From NCBI GenBank assembly GCA_963714015.1, contig OY970223.1:2784001-2848000 (forward strand): 64,000 nucleotides of DNA, written 5' to 3'. Shown piece by piece: positions 20,843-33,385 of this stretch. Position 1 is the first letter of the stretch. Each line of letters opens with the position of its first letter. The notes below the pieces were generated by a model that saw only the letters and a program-made list of their open reading frames with translations, was not told the DNA's origin and made no database searches. A program made the position numbers and the translations under genes. Source of the DNA: Vulcanimicrobiota bacterium (lineage in GTDB: Bacteria > Vulcanimicrobiota > Vulcanimicrobiia > Vulcanimicrobiales > Vulcanimicrobiaceae).

Positions 20843-20849
20843 CAAAAAA

Positions 20850-22203
<1,354 letters not shown>

Positions 22204-23168
22204 GGTTGACACAGATATTCTCCAGAACGGTTTTTTTTACTTAGTGCGGTCGGGTGCGAGAGGAGTGAAGAGCCGGCTTCGGCCTCGGCCAGCGTGGTGA
22301 CCGTTTCCTCGGGCTGGGCGTAAGATTCGTAGTCGATGCTTTCATCGCCATAGTCGGCGGCATCGCCCGCGCTCTGCGTCTCGGTCCGGCCTTCGATGAT
22401 CGCGTCGGCGATCTTAGAGACCATCAGTTTGACCGCGCGAATCGCGTCGTCGTTACCTGGAATCGGGAAGTCGATCTCATCCGGATCGCAGTTCGTGTCG
22501 ATGACGGCGATGATTGGAATCTTCAGCTTGCGCGCTTCCAGCACCGCAATGCGCTCTTTCTTGGGGTCGACGATGAAGACTGCGTCGGGCAAACGGTGCA
22601 TGTCCTTGATGCCGCCCAAGAAGCGCTCGAGCTTGCCCATCTCGTCGGAAAGCTTCGCGACTTCCTTTTTAGGAAGACGATCGAAGTCGCCTTGCTGCTT
22701 CATATTCTCTAGTTCACGCAGACGCGCGATGCGCTTCTGAATCGTCGCAAAATTCGTGAGCGTGCCTCCCAGCCAGCGCTGGTTCACGTAAAAAGTGCCG
22801 GCGCGTTCGGATTCTTCTTTGACGACGTCTTGCGCTTGCTTTTTGGTTCCGACGAAGAGGACGACTTTGCCCTCGCGCGACATCTGCTTGACCGCCTCGT
22901 ACGTCTCGCGCAGCTTTTGAACGGTAAGGGCGAGATCGATGATGTAGATGCCGTTACGCTCTTGGAAGATGTACGGCTTCATTTTCGGGTTCCACCGGCG
23001 GGTCTGGTGGCCGAAATGGACGCCCGCTTCGAGCAGGGCGCGCATGGAAATAACCGACAAGTCAGTCAACCTTTCTGGACCTCGGGCCGGCCGCCGTCCT
23101 GGCACCTTCCCACGTTGAGGCCATAACCACCCTGCCTCCATGCCGGGTGAAGTAGGAACAACCGGGTG

Positions 23169-23198
23169 AGTATACCACGCCGCTTAAAGCCATGTCAT
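23169..23198 (-). promoter_or_regulatory. Sigma-70 promoter of rpsB operon
   Basis: ATGACA-N18-TATACT with extended TG (GTGGTATACT). Confidence 0.6.
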
Positions 23199-23277
23199 CC
23201 GCAGCCGGCGCTTCGCGCATAACGCGCGACCGGTCGCCGCGAACAGCGTCGAACCGCGCGGGCGGCGCGAGTGAAGC

Positions 23278-23604
23278 TTACCTGCTCACCCGGCAGGCAG
23301 CCGCCGCGTCATCAAGCGTTAGGAACGTCGGCCAAGCCTCGTCCAGGCGAACGATATGAAAGATGCGTTGGATCATAGGTGACGCGATGACGATTTTGGC
23401 TAGATCGAGCCCGCGGCTATCCCGCTCCTTGCGCAGGTGGACGAGCGCGCCCAGACACGTGCTGTCGATATAGTTCGCGCCGGACAGGTCGAGGATGACG
23501 TCGGGCGCGTCATACACGGACTCTAGCCGCTGGCGCAATTCGTCGACACGATAGACGTCCCAGTCGCCCTCCAGCGCTATAACCAGCGGCTCATCCGCCG
23601 TCAT
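23278..23604 (-). CDS. STAS domain anti-sigma factor antagonist
   Basis: LEGDWD, ILDLSGANYIDSTCLGALV, IQRIFHIVRL. Confidence 0.88.
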   Translation of the reverse strand: MTADEPLVIALEGDWDVYRVDELRQRLESVYDAPDVILDLSGANYIDSTCLGALVHLRKERDSRGLDLAKIVIASPMIQRIFHIVRLDEAWPTFLTLDDAAAACRVSR

Positions 23605-23721
23605 GCTGTGCGGCTCTCTTGGCGCAAGCCCGTCCATTAAATAATAATAGCACGCTAGGCTACGACTTCCCTGTGAAACGCCGGAGGGCGCCTTCAGCAC
23701 GGCGCCATAAGATAGTGCGCC

Positions 23722-24403
23722 ATGGATCCGCACGTCCTCGACGACCTTGGGGCCCTATATCATGACTACCGGCTGTTCGGCGTGCAGAACCGGCAGCTGC
23801 CCAACTTCGTCGTGAACCAGCGAGTCAAGGAACCCATTCTGCTGGGCTACATCTCGCTGGCCATGGGAAAATGCCGCGCCAACGTGGATCAGCCGGTATC
23901 CTTTGCCGAGCTCTTCTGCGCCGACGGATATTTCACGATGGTCGCGAGCTTGCTCGGTGCGCGGCCTGCCGTAGGCATCGACAACAATCGGGACGGCTGG
24001 AGCAACAACATGATGGAAGTCGCCCGCCGCTTGGGTTGTGACGTTCAGTTTCAGCAGCGTGACGTCAACGAGCTGAGATGGGGCCGGGACGTACGACGTC
24101 GTCGCAAACATCGGCGGCTTGTACCACGTCCCTAACCCGGTCGAGATCCTGCGCAAGTCTTGGAATCTGGCCCGGCGCTATCTTATCGTCCAAAGCGTGG
24201 TCTCGATGGCGAACGAAGGCGAAACGTACTTCGAGTCTCCCGCACCGGGATGGGCGCACGGCAGCCGTTTCAGCGCAAAATCGTTCATCAACATGCTGCG
24301 AATCGAAGGCTACAAGGTCGTTGACGGACACTTCAACGTGCTCGAAGGCAACACGCGCCCGGAAGACCGCGGCAGCGTCTATTTTCTGATCGAAAAAGCA
24401 TAA
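23722..24403 (+). CDS. Class I SAM-dependent methyltransferase; +1 frameshift near 24080
   Basis: ELFCADGYF motif I variant, GIDNN; second frame YDVVANIGGLYHVPNP. Confidence 0.7.
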
Positions 24404-24450
24404 CGCACCACTAAGCTAAACCAACGTTAAATCGGCGATGCGCGGCTTGC

Positions 24451-24477
24451 TATGAAAAGGGCCATCGCCGCCGATAA
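24451..24477 (+). promoter_or_regulatory. Candidate sigma-28 promoter
   Basis: TATG-N15-GCCGATAA (perfect -10, weak -35) 8 nt before ATG 24486. Confidence 0.4.
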
Positions 24478-24485
24478 CATCCACT

Positions 24486-25361
24486 ATGGACGTTCTTCAA
24501 AGAACCTTGGGCGGCTACGGCATGGGAGCGCAAAAACAGCGAGTGCCGGTGGCGCATTTAGGCCAACGACAAACTATGGGCTTTGCCCACCTGAATTCGT
24601 ATCTTCAAGAGATACTGGGTCCGCGCACGTTCGGCTCCGTGCTGAACATCGGCGCAGGGCGCATGAGCATCATGTTTCGTCAAGCGGAGATGTTTGCCGG
24701 CGACGAGTACCATACGCTCGAAACGCCGGGTGCGGATATCGAGGCTACATATCACTGCTACGGCGAGAATATGGACACCGTCCCAAGCGATCGCTACGAT
24801 TGGCTGATTTCGACAGCCGTATTGGAGCACGTCGCCGATCCTTGGGCGGTCGCGCGTGAAGCAATGCGCGTAACCAAGCCGGGCGGCTTCATCTACACGC
24901 TAACGCCGTTCTACCAGCAGGTTCACGTCGGCCCCACATACAGCGACTACTGGCGATTCACGCCCGCGGGGCTCGAAGCGCTCTTTCCCGGCTGTCGCTT
25001 GCGTGAAGTAGAGATCTGGGGAGACAGCCCAATCACGCCCAACGCTTTTGCAATCCTCGTACAGAAGCCTCCGTTTGAGGAAGCCGCGCAGCTCCGTACA
25101 TCTGGCTTGACTTCCCGAACGAAGATCCGTGGCGGCCATTCACGCCAAATGCTCGTACGCAGTATGATTGCCCGCTGTATCAGCTCGACGAAAACGCCGT
25201 TCGTGATAACGAACGAAATGCAAATGCTGCGCGAACAAATTAACGTTTCCACGGGCACCTTCGTCCCGATTCATCAGATCGTCCGGGGAAGCATCGATCG
25301 GTATGCGCGGCGTATAGGGACGCTCGGCTTCCGGGGCGACACATCGTACGTCAGCGGGTAA
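24486..25361 (+). CDS. Class I SAM-dependent methyltransferase
   Basis: VLNIGAG, STAVLEHVADP, RVTKPGG, DYWRFTPAGL. Confidence 0.85.
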   Translation: MDVLQRTLGGYGMGAQKQRVPVAHLGQRQTMGFAHLNSYLQEILGPRTFGSVLNIGAGRMSIMFRQAEMFAGDEYHTLETPGADIEATYHCYGENMDTVPSDRYDWLISTAVLEHVADPWAVAREAMRVTKPGGFIYTLTPFYQQVHVGPTYSDYWRFTPAGLEALFPGCRLREVEIWGDSPITPNAFAILVQKPPFEEAAQLRTSGLTSRTKIRGGHSRQMLVRSMIARCISSTKTPFVITNEMQMLREQINVSTGTFVPIHQIVRGSIDRYARRIGTLGFRGDTSYVSG

Positions 25362-25442
25362 TCGCTCGCATCGTCGCGCGCAACCGAGGCATCGCTGCCC
25401 AGGTTTGCGGGACTTTTTCTTTTCGCCTTCGATAATATTTAG

Positions 25443-26447
25443 ATGCGACTACTGGTCACCGGCGGCCTTGGATTTATAGGCTCGAACTTCATTCGTATCT
25501 TGCTGCGAGAGCGCCCAACCGCAACGGTCGTCAATCTGGACGCGATGACGTATGCCGGCAACCCGAACAACTGCGCCGACATCGCGAACGACCGCCGTTA
25601 CAGGTTCATCAAGGGCAACATCTGCGATCCGGCTGTCGTAGAAGCGGCAATCGAGGACGGCGTCGACGCCATCGTCAACTTTGCGGCCGAGACTCACGTC
25701 GATCGATCGATCCTCGACCCGGAAGAGTTTCTGCGGACGGACATTTTAGGCACTCACGTGCTGCTCGAAGCAGTTCGCAAGTTTCACATTCCACGCTACC
25801 TTCAAGTCTCCACCGATGAGGTTTACGGGCACGTGCCCGAGGGAGAATCGGCGGAATCCGATCCGCTTCGTCCGCGCAGCCCTTATAGCGCGAGCAAGGC
25901 CGGCGGCGACCTCCAAGTACTTGCATACTGGACCACGTACCGGACTCCAGTACTGATCACTCGCGGATCGAACACGTACGGCCCGTATCAATATCCGGAA
26001 AAGCTTATTCCGCTGTTCATTACGAACCTGATCGACGGCGAGAGTGTTCCCGTGTATGGCGATGGACTGCAAGTGCGCGATTGGCTTCACGTAAACGATC
26101 ACGCGCGCGGCATCCTTCACGTTCTCGAGCACGGAGAACTGGGCGAGATCTACAACATCGGCGGCGGCAATCCTCAAACCAACATCGACATCACGCGCCG
26201 GCTCATCGAAGCTTGTGGACGATCGATGGAAACCGACGTCAGGCACGTTGCGGACCGCGAGGGGCACGACCGGCGTTATGCGATTGACTGCACTAAGGCT
26301 CGAAAGCTTGGCTGGAAATCCGAAGTTCCGTTCGACCAGGGTCTCGCATCGACGATCGAGTGGTACAAGCGTAACGAGGCGTGGTGGCGGCCACTGAAGA
26401 GCGGCGAATTCCTGGCCTATTACAGGCGGCAGTACGCGCACAGATAA
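25443..26447 (+). CDS. rfbB: dTDP-glucose 4,6-dehydratase
   Basis: TGGLGFIGSNF, AAETHVDRSI, STDEVYG, PYSASK, EKLIP. Confidence 0.97.
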   Translation: MRLLVTGGLGFIGSNFIRILLRERPTATVVNLDAMTYAGNPNNCADIANDRRYRFIKGNICDPAVVEAAIEDGVDAIVNFAAETHVDRSILDPEEFLRTDILGTHVLLEAVRKFHIPRYLQVSTDEVYGHVPEGESAESDPLRPRSPYSASKAGGDLQVLAYWTTYRTPVLITRGSNTYGPYQYPEKLIPLFITNLIDGESVPVYGDGLQVRDWLHVNDHARGILHVLEHGELGEIYNIGGGNPQTNIDITRRLIEACGRSMETDVRHVADREGHDRRYAIDCTKARKLGWKSEVPFDQGLASTIEWYKRNEAWWRPLKSGEFLAYYRRQYAHR

Positions 26448-26470
26448 ACCTTGGAGCCGTTGACGGAAAC

Positions 26471-27295
26471 TTAGCCCTGATGGCGGCGGTAAAGTCGACG
26501 GTCCTCGGGTTGGTAGTACTCGTCCAGATTCGTTACGACGCGCGTGTAATAACCCAAGAGTTGCTGGGTCCTCGGCGGCAGCGACAAAACCACGTCATCC
26601 CCAAGCGCTCGAACGTAGTCGATCTGCTGCTTGATAAACGACCGCGTAAACTGGTGGTTCATTGCGAGACGGTCTCTTCCGGAACTGTTTTGCCCCGCTG
26701 CGTGCCAAATCGTTGAATCAAAGATCACCATCGAACCGCTCGGCGCTACAGCGGGGACGCTCGCTCGTTGCATGTAATCCGGATCGGGAAGCTCGCCACG
26801 TTGGTGGCTCCCTGGAACGAATAGCGTGGAACCGTTGCTCTCGGTAAACTCATCGATGGCAAAGAATACGTTGATGGACGCAAGATAGCCATTCAGGTAC
26901 CTGGGAAAGTCGCGATGGAATGTATTTTGGAAAACTGCAGGTGAAGCAACCGTGGCGCAAGAGGGCAGAATGAAGCCATTTTGGAGATGGAGTATCGCCG
27001 TATCACCCAGTGTTGCATCGACGACGCGCAGCACCGGTTCGAGCTGCAAGAAATCGAAGAAATGGCGGTCGTACCTCAAAAGGAGACGCAGAGTTCCGAT
27101 CTCACCGGCGGCTCTGAGTCTGTCCTCTCCAATCTCCGCAACGATACCGTCACGGGCACGACGAAGCGCTGAGCGCGTGCGGTCGACGAACTCTTCCGAT
27201 AGGACACCCGTCACGACCCCATATCCGTCGTCTCTGAGCGCCTGAAGCGTAAGATCCAGCCATCGGTCGTCTTTAAGGGAAACGAGGAATGTCAT
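26471..27295 (-). CDS. Phytanoyl-CoA dioxygenase family (2OG-Fe(II)) protein
   Basis: [24 protein letters not shown]. Confidence 0.88.
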   Translation of the reverse strand: MTFLVSLKDDRWLDLTLQALRDDGYGVVTGVLSEEFVDRTRSALRRARDGIVAEIGEDRLRAAGEIGTLRLLLRYDRHFFDFLQLEPVLRVVDATLGDTAILHLQNGFILPSCATVASPAVFQNTFHRDFPRYLNGYLASINVFFAIDEFTESNGSTLFVPGSHQRGELPDPDYMQRASVPAVAPSGSMVIFDSTIWHAAGQNSSGRDRLAMNHQFTRSFIKQQIDYVRALGDDVVLSLPPRTQQLLGYYTRVVTNLDEYYQPEDRRLYRRHQG

Positions 27296-28197
27296 CGCAC
27301 CAATCGCGCTAGGCCGAAACCGGTTCTTCCGTACGAATTTCCATTGTAGAGCATATACCTAACACCCGCGTGATCGAACACGTGAGGGTAGCAAACCATC
27401 TCTGAATCCCAGCCATCAGGACTAACGTCGATTCCGGCCTCCTCGTCCTTCCGGGTCCAATCGATTCCGTCCGGCGATTCCGCATATCCTATTCGGTACC
27501 GCTCGCCGCGGAAACAATACCACATCCGGTAGATCGCATCGTCCCTAATGACGCTCGGACGGGCGATTGCGTACTCGCCAGGCTTGAAGTCAACGCACAC
27601 CCGGCCATCCCGGCGCCAAAAAATACCGTCATCCGATTCTGCATACCTGACATGATAAAAGTGCTTTGGAGCGCCGTTCTCGAGTTCCCATCGCTGACCG
27701 GAGATGTACCACATTCGCCAGAATCCCCTATCCCGCATTACAAACGGCGAGGCAGTCAAGAACGGGTCAGTGGGGTTGCGGTCGATAATCGGCGCGAGCG
27801 AAAGCTTCGCGTAGTTGAGCGCGGCAGCTTCGCTCGTTGCAAGCCCGATGTTGTAATAAAACGGCACGGTTTTTCCCAGCATGACGCCCGTGAAATACAT
27901 GAACTGACGGCCTTCGTGCACGACCGCCGAGGCGCTAAGCACGCCACGGTCATCGAAAGCCCCTAGAGGCCCAACCGTCAGAATTGGCGTCTTCGATATA
28001 ACGGCCGATCCTACCGGATCGCGAAGGTCGGTCTCGACATAGCCGATTTGGGCGCGCCCCTCGCGGTCACGTCCGGAGCAGTAGACCCGCACTCGAGTTC
28101 CTGCCAGCGGCGTTGCAAAAGGGAGGGCCGCATGCGTCACCATCCAATCCGCGGCATTCTCCGGATCGACGATCCGTCCGAGTTTCTGCCACTTCAT
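27292..28197 (-). CDS. Five-bladed beta-propeller glycoside hydrolase-like protein
   Basis: Repeats [38 protein letters not shown]; end [14 protein letters not shown]. Confidence 0.7.
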   Translation of the reverse strand: MKWQKLGRIVDPENAADWMVTHAALPFATPLAGTRVRVYCSGRDREGRAQIGYVETDLRDPVGSAVISKTPILTVGPLGAFDDRGVLSASAVVHEGRQFMYFTGVMLGKTVPFYYNIGLATSEAAALNYAKLSLAPIIDRNPTDPFLTASPFVMRDRGFWRMWYISGQRWELENGAPKHFYHVRYAESDDGIFWRRDGRVCVDFKPGEYAIARPSVIRDDAIYRMWYCFRGERYRIGYAESPDGIDWTRKDEEAGIDVSPDGWDSEMVCYPHVFDHAGVRYMLYNGNSYGRTGFGLARLVR

Positions 28198-29788
28198 CCT
28201 GCAAGCCGTTCTGCGACGAGCTCGCGAATGATCTCTGCGTAACGAGCAGTGCTCGCCCGAAGGTTGTATTGTTCGACGACGCGCTCGCGCAACGCGTTTC
28301 CGTCGACTACGCGGGCTTCAGGATCGTTTATGTAGCGCCGCGCGATTTCAACATAAGCCCCGATGTCGCCGGCGTCCGCTATCGGAACGATTCCGTCGAG
28401 TCGGGTCTCTGCAGTAGCCGTTATGGCACCGGCGCTCGTTGGGTCCAGATCGGGGTCTAAGGCGCGGCGCATGCCGACGATCGGCAGACCCGCTTGCATA
28501 GCATCCATTAGGCTCTGCCCACCGGTCCATGGATGAGTATCGCAGTAAAGATCAACGCTCTTTACCAGACGCGGTGCATCAGCTTGACGCATCCCTAAGT
28601 ACACAGTTTTGTTTGCAACGGCGCGGCGATCGAAGAACGCTCGAATTGCGGGCAGCCGGCCTGAAGAATCGGGGCCCGCTAAGACCAGCCACGCCTTTGC
28701 TTCAGATTCGAGAATCCTGGCCAGGCTCTCCAGGTACACGGGAGTGTCGCACTTTTCGATTCGACCGAACGTCGCCAGCGCAACCGCATCGCTGGGAATG
28801 CCGAGCTCGCTTTTCTGAATCGGCGTCGCGGCGTCTATTTCGTCTGCCATTGCGACGCCGCCGCCCGTAAAGCGGCTCTTTCCCGGCCACGCAGTTTTTA
28901 TCTCCTGTTCCGGCGAGACGCCATGATTGATAAGGTCGAATTTCCCGACCTGCGGTTCCAACGCACGGACGTCGAACGTTTGCACGGGAGCGACGCCGAT
29001 ACAGGCGATGAGTTTCGCCAAATTGTCAACGGCGGACGTAAGATAGACGGCCACATGCGGTTGGCGCACGTTGAAGTAGTTTATGAGCCAGCGCGTTCGC
29101 TGTTCCCACGTGCCGGCAGGCGTTTCGGCGAACGACACGCCGAGATCTCGCAGGATGCGAACTATCCGCGAACCGGCGCTGGCACCCATGCCGGTCGAGA
29201 CAACCTCCACCGAAAATCCGAGAGCCGAAAAATACTCTGTACGCTTGAGCGTCATTACGCTGGGTCCATCTTCGTCCGCAAGTACCGAACACAGGCAGAC
29301 CATCCTAAGGAGTCGGAACGCGCTGCGCCAAAGCGCGGACCCGGGACGAATGTGGCGAGCTTTTCGATCGCCCTGTCGATCTCGATATCGTGAGCGAATC
29401 TCATGGCGCGCCGGGAGCGCGCGTCCCGCCGCTGACCAGATGCAAAGCCGCGGTTCACAGCTTCTTGCAGATACTGCATGGCCGCATCGACGCTCCCTGC
29501 TTGCGCCGCTTGAATTCCGAGCCCCTTGAGGACCTCGATGAACGGCTCGTCCCAGTCTGAAATCTCGAGCAAGCGCTGGACCGCGTTCAGCGTTCCTTGG
29601 TCAGCGTACTGTTGCTCTCGCGCCAAATTCGCAGTCGCCTGCAAGGCGCTGCGAATAGCCGTCTTACCCAAGGCCAGGCGGGCAGTCGCGCGTGCCTTCG
29701 CGTCCCCCGACTCTAGTAAATCGCTCAACTCCGACTCGCTGAAATCCAACCGCGCGTTGATTCCAGCGATCAGTTCTTGAAGCGTCAT
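28194..29788 (-). CDS. GT41-like (OGT/SPINDLY/HMW1C) glycosyltransferase with helical N-terminus; frameshift near 29305
   Basis: ATFGRIEK and DLYCDTHPWTGGQSLMDAMQAGLPIV resemble the GT41 C-terminal signature; two abutting ORFs. Confidence 0.65.
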
Positions 29789-29877
29789 GCCGCGAGGTTC
29801 GCGGCAAGAAATGGTGACACCCGTAACACCGCGAAGGCCCTCCACGATGCACCGGACCACAAGATCGGAGGCGCTAG

Positions 29878-30618
29878 ATTAAGGGTGTAATTCTTGCAGG
29901 CGGCCTAGGAACGCGGCTTCGCCCTTTAACTAAGGTCACGAACAAGCATCTCCTGCCGATCTACGACAAGCCGATGATCTATTACCCGATCGAGGCTTTG
30001 TGCCGAGCCGGCATTCGGGATATTATGATCGTGACGGGCGGGAATTCCGCGGGCGATTTTCTTAGACTGCTCGGAAACGGCAGAGAGTTTGGACTCAAGG
30101 ACATCAACTATACGTACCAAGAAGGCGAAGGAGGGATCGCGGACGCGCTAAAACTCTGCGAACACTTCGCCGAAGGCGATAGAATGTGCGTCATCTTGGG
30201 CGACAACATCGTTCAAGACGACATCTCTCCGTACGTGACTAAATTTCTAGAGCAAGATTCAGGCGCCCGCATTCTCCTCAAGCGCGTCGACGATCCCGAG
30301 CGTTTCGGCTGTCCGGTCCTCGACGGAGACCGAATCGTCGCAATCGAAGAAAAACCGCAAAGTCCAAAGAGCGAGTACGCCGTGACCGGAATCTACATGT
30401 ACGACCGGCGAGTGTTCGATTTTTGCCGCCGCCTCGAACCTTCGGCTCGCGGAGAGCTCGAGATCACGGACGTCAATAACGCTTACATTAAGGAAGGCGA
30501 CCTCTTCTACGATGTCCTCGAGGGATGGTGGACGGATGCCGGACAGTTTGAAAGCCTGTTGCGCGCTAATCAGCTCGTAGCCGAAATACGGCGAGTCCAA
30601 CCGAGCGCAACCGAATGA
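29878..30618 (+). CDS. rfbA: Glucose-1-phosphate thymidylyltransferase (short form), ATT start
   Basis: In-frame KGVILAGGLGTRLRPLTKVTNKHLLPIYDKPM from 29881; EEKP, RGELEITD. Confidence 0.93.
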   Translation: MKGVILAGGLGTRLRPLTKVTNKHLLPIYDKPMIYYPIEALCRAGIRDIMIVTGGNSAGDFLRLLGNGREFGLKDINYTYQEGEGGIADALKLCEHFAEGDRMCVILGDNIVQDDISPYVTKFLEQDSGARILLKRVDDPERFGCPVLDGDRIVAIEEKPQSPKSEYAVTGIYMYDRRVFDFCRRLEPSARGELEITDVNNAYIKEGDLFYDVLEGWWTDAGQFESLLRANQLVAEIRRVQPSATE

Positions 30619-31277
30619 AAAAAGCGGTCGTCTTCGGCGTCGGCGACTTCGCTCAGGTCGCTTCACTCTATCTTCGGGATGATAGCGAATACAAAATCGA
30701 GGCTTTTACGGTGAACAGAGCGTACATCGAACGGGAAAGCCTTTTGGATTTGCCCATAGTTGCGTTTGAAGACTTGGACCAAAGTTACCCAAGCGGCGAA
30801 TTCGCAATCTTCGTGGCAATTGGTTTCAGCAAGGTAAACGCGGCTCGCCGATCCGTTTTCGAGGCCTGCCGAGAGCGCGGGTACGTCGTACCAACGTACG
30901 TTAACTCCACTGTGAACGTATGGAGGGAAACGTCCATCGGAGACGGTTGCTTCATTTTCGAGAACAATGTGATTCAGCCGTTCGTCGAGATTGGAAGCAA
31001 CTGCGTGCTTTGGAGCGGGAACCACATCGGCCACCATTCGAGAATCGGCGACAACGTCTTCATTGCAAGCCATGTCGTTATCTCCGGAAAGTGCAGTATC
31101 GGAAACAATACGTTTATCGGCGTGAACGCAACTTTCCGTGACGGCATCACGGTGGGTCCGGACTGCGTTATCGGTGCCGGCGCCATCGTTCTCAAGGACA
31201 CCGTAGAAAGCGGCGTGTACAAGAGCGTCAACACGGAGCCGCAGGAACGCCGCAGCCACGAGCTCCGGAACTTCTAA
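30615..31277 (+). CDS. Hexapeptide-repeat sugar acetyltransferase (NeuD/PglD-like)
   Basis: N-terminal Rossmann-like VFGVG, left-handed beta-helix repeats, IGHHSRIG. Confidence 0.88.
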   Translation: MKKAVVFGVGDFAQVASLYLRDDSEYKIEAFTVNRAYIERESLLDLPIVAFEDLDQSYPSGEFAIFVAIGFSKVNAARRSVFEACRERGYVVPTYVNSTVNVWRETSIGDGCFIFENNVIQPFVEIGSNCVLWSGNHIGHHSRIGDNVFIASHVVISGKCSIGNNTFIGVNATFRDGITVGPDCVIGAGAIVLKDTVESGVYKSVNTEPQERRSHELRNF

Positions 31278-31281
31278 TCCC

Positions 31282-31995
31282 GTGAGCGGCCCGCGCGTCG
31301 GCATTATTCAGTCGAATTACATTCCTTGGAAAGGGTATTTCGACTTTATCGACAGCGTCGACGAATTCGTACTTTTCGATGAGGTCCAATACACGCGCCG
31401 GGACTGGCGCAACCGCAACAGAATCAAAACCAAAGACGGATTGAAGTGGCTCACTATCCCCGTTGAAGTCAAGGGAAAGTACGACCAGCGAGTCAGCGAA
31501 ACGCGCATCTCCGACAAGCGCTGGGCCCACGAGCACGCATCTTCGCTACGGCATGCGTACGGAAAATCTCCGCACTTTCGCGAAGAGTGGACGTGGATAG
31601 AACCACTGTATGAAGAAAGCGCGTCGGTCGATTTTTTGAGCAGCGTAAACGAACTCTTCATTCGCGCGATCCGTGACCGGTTGTCGATTCAAACGCCGAT
31701 ACGGCTTTCCTCGGAGTTCGATTTACCCGACGGCAAGAACGAACGCTTGATTTCGATCTGCAAGCAACTTGGAGCCGCTGAGTATTTGTCCGGACCTGCC
31801 GCGCGCGGCTATATTGACGAGAGCCTTTGGACGGCGGCAGGTATCCGCGTCACCTACAAGTCCTACGACGATTACCCGGAATACGCACAGCCATACCCTC
31901 CTTTCGAGCACGCCGTCTCTATAGTCGATTTGCTCTTCAACACGGGCCCTCAGGCGCCAAGCTACATCAAAGGGACCGCGGATGTCCGTTCCTGA
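31282..31995 (+). CDS. WbqC family protein
   Basis: QSNYIPWKGYFD, DWRNRNRIK, YLSGPAARGY, SIVDLLFN. Confidence 0.9.
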   Translation: MSGPRVGIIQSNYIPWKGYFDFIDSVDEFVLFDEVQYTRRDWRNRNRIKTKDGLKWLTIPVEVKGKYDQRVSETRISDKRWAHEHASSLRHAYGKSPHFREEWTWIEPLYEESASVDFLSSVNELFIRAIRDRLSIQTPIRLSSEFDLPDGKNERLISICKQLGAAEYLSGPAARGYIDESLWTAAGIRVTYKSYDDYPEYAQPYPPFEHAVSIVDLLFNTGPQAPSYIKGTADVRS

Positions 31996-32623
31996 CGAGC
32001 TGGGCGTTCTGCAAAAGATCGCCTCATATTACACGGAGAAAGTAGAGCAGCATGGCCCGACCCCTCGCGGAGTCGACTGGAACTCGTCGGAAGCACAGAG
32101 CATTCGCTTCGAGCAGATTACTAAAGTTGTTCCTCTCGCAGGGTCGTACTCGATTGCCGACTACGGCTGCGGATACGGGGCCCTGTTCGACTTCTTGTCG
32201 GCTGCGAAGCGCCGCCCCGACCTTTATGAAGGGTACGATGTCTCTGCAGCAATGATCGACCGGGCGCGCCGCATTCACGAGGACGAGCCGAACTGCGTTT
32301 TTACGACGAGTTCTGCGGATCTGGTACCTGCTGACTGTACCGTTGCGAGCGGAATATTCAGCGTCCGAATGGACTTTGCGGTACAAGCCTGGGAAGCTTA
32401 TGTGTTTGAAACTCTGGATAAAATGCGCAGTCTGAGTCGAAAAGCGTTTTCGTTCAACATGCTGACCGCCTACTCGGACCCTGAACGAATGCGCGCAGAT
32501 CTCTACTATGCTGACCCTCATCGATACTTCGACTATTGCCGCACGCGGTTCGCCAGGAACGTGGCGCTGCTCCATGACTACGGGCTTTACGAATTTACGG
32601 TCTTGGTCAGGCTGGACGCTTGA
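31982..32623 (+). CDS. Class I SAM-dependent methyltransferase
   Basis: DYGCGYG, GYDVS, ASGIF, HDYGLYEF. Confidence 0.88.
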   Translation: MSVPDELGVLQKIASYYTEKVEQHGPTPRGVDWNSSEAQSIRFEQITKVVPLAGSYSIADYGCGYGALFDFLSAAKRRPDLYEGYDVSAAMIDRARRIHEDEPNCVFTTSSADLVPADCTVASGIFSVRMDFAVQAWEAYVFETLDKMRSLSRKAFSFNMLTAYSDPERMRADLYYADPHRYFDYCRTRFARNVALLHDYGLYEFTVLVRLDA

Positions 32624-32628
32624 GCCTC

Positions 32629-33385
32629 TCACACAAGCAATCTGATTCCGACCCCAAGCAAGACGACTGCAAGAAACATGCGGAAATAATGACCCGAAAG
32701 ACGCGCCCCTAAGACGGAGCCCACGATGGTACCGGGTACCGATCCTGCGAGCAGACTGGCCTGCAATCGAGATATTTATGTCGCCTGCGTGCCAGTGCCC
32801 AAGGATAGCCGGCACGAGCAGCAGCGCCGCAAATGCCACGTCGGTTCCTACCAGCGGCCGGATCTGGATTCCGGGCACGGCCAGCAGAAGCAACGGGAGA
32901 GTCAGCGACCCGCTGCCTATCGACGTAATACTTACCATGGTGCCGACGAAGAAACCAATAAGCACAAGCCAGCCGCGCTGCGGGCCGCTAGGCCCATTTG
33001 CCGCCGGCTCGCCGGACGGCGGTCTGAAAAGTATCACGAACGCAGAAACCAAAAGGGCGCATCCAATGAGGATCGAGAGCACGTGGTTTACGGTACGAAT
33101 ATCGATTGTGGCGCGAAGCGCAGCATAGACGAAGTCTCCGAAAATTGCCCCCGGTATTCCGCCGCATGCCAGATAGAGCAGTACGCCTCGATCGATGGTG
33201 CGGCGTCGCACGTGGGCGAGCAGCGCGAGGGCCTTCGTTCCAAAGCTGAAAACTAAATCCGATCCGATGGCCGTTGCCGAATCGATGCCCAAGAACAATA
33301 GGATCGGGGTCGTTAGGGCACCGGCGCCGACGCCGGAGTATGTAACGCATAAGCTGACCGCAAAGCCAACCATGGCGTATTTCAC
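32629..33385 (-). CDS. TauE/SafE (TSUP) sulfur-compound transporter; frameshift near 32760
   Basis: SGVGAGALTTP, AIGSDL, TSIGSGS, LVGTD; second frame SLLAGSVPGTIVGS...LLV* ends 32629. Confidence 0.8.

Noticed and set aside
32024..32628. Long C-terminal extension of the TSUP transporter
   Set aside because: Frameshift run-on antisense to the methyltransferase; true end at 32629
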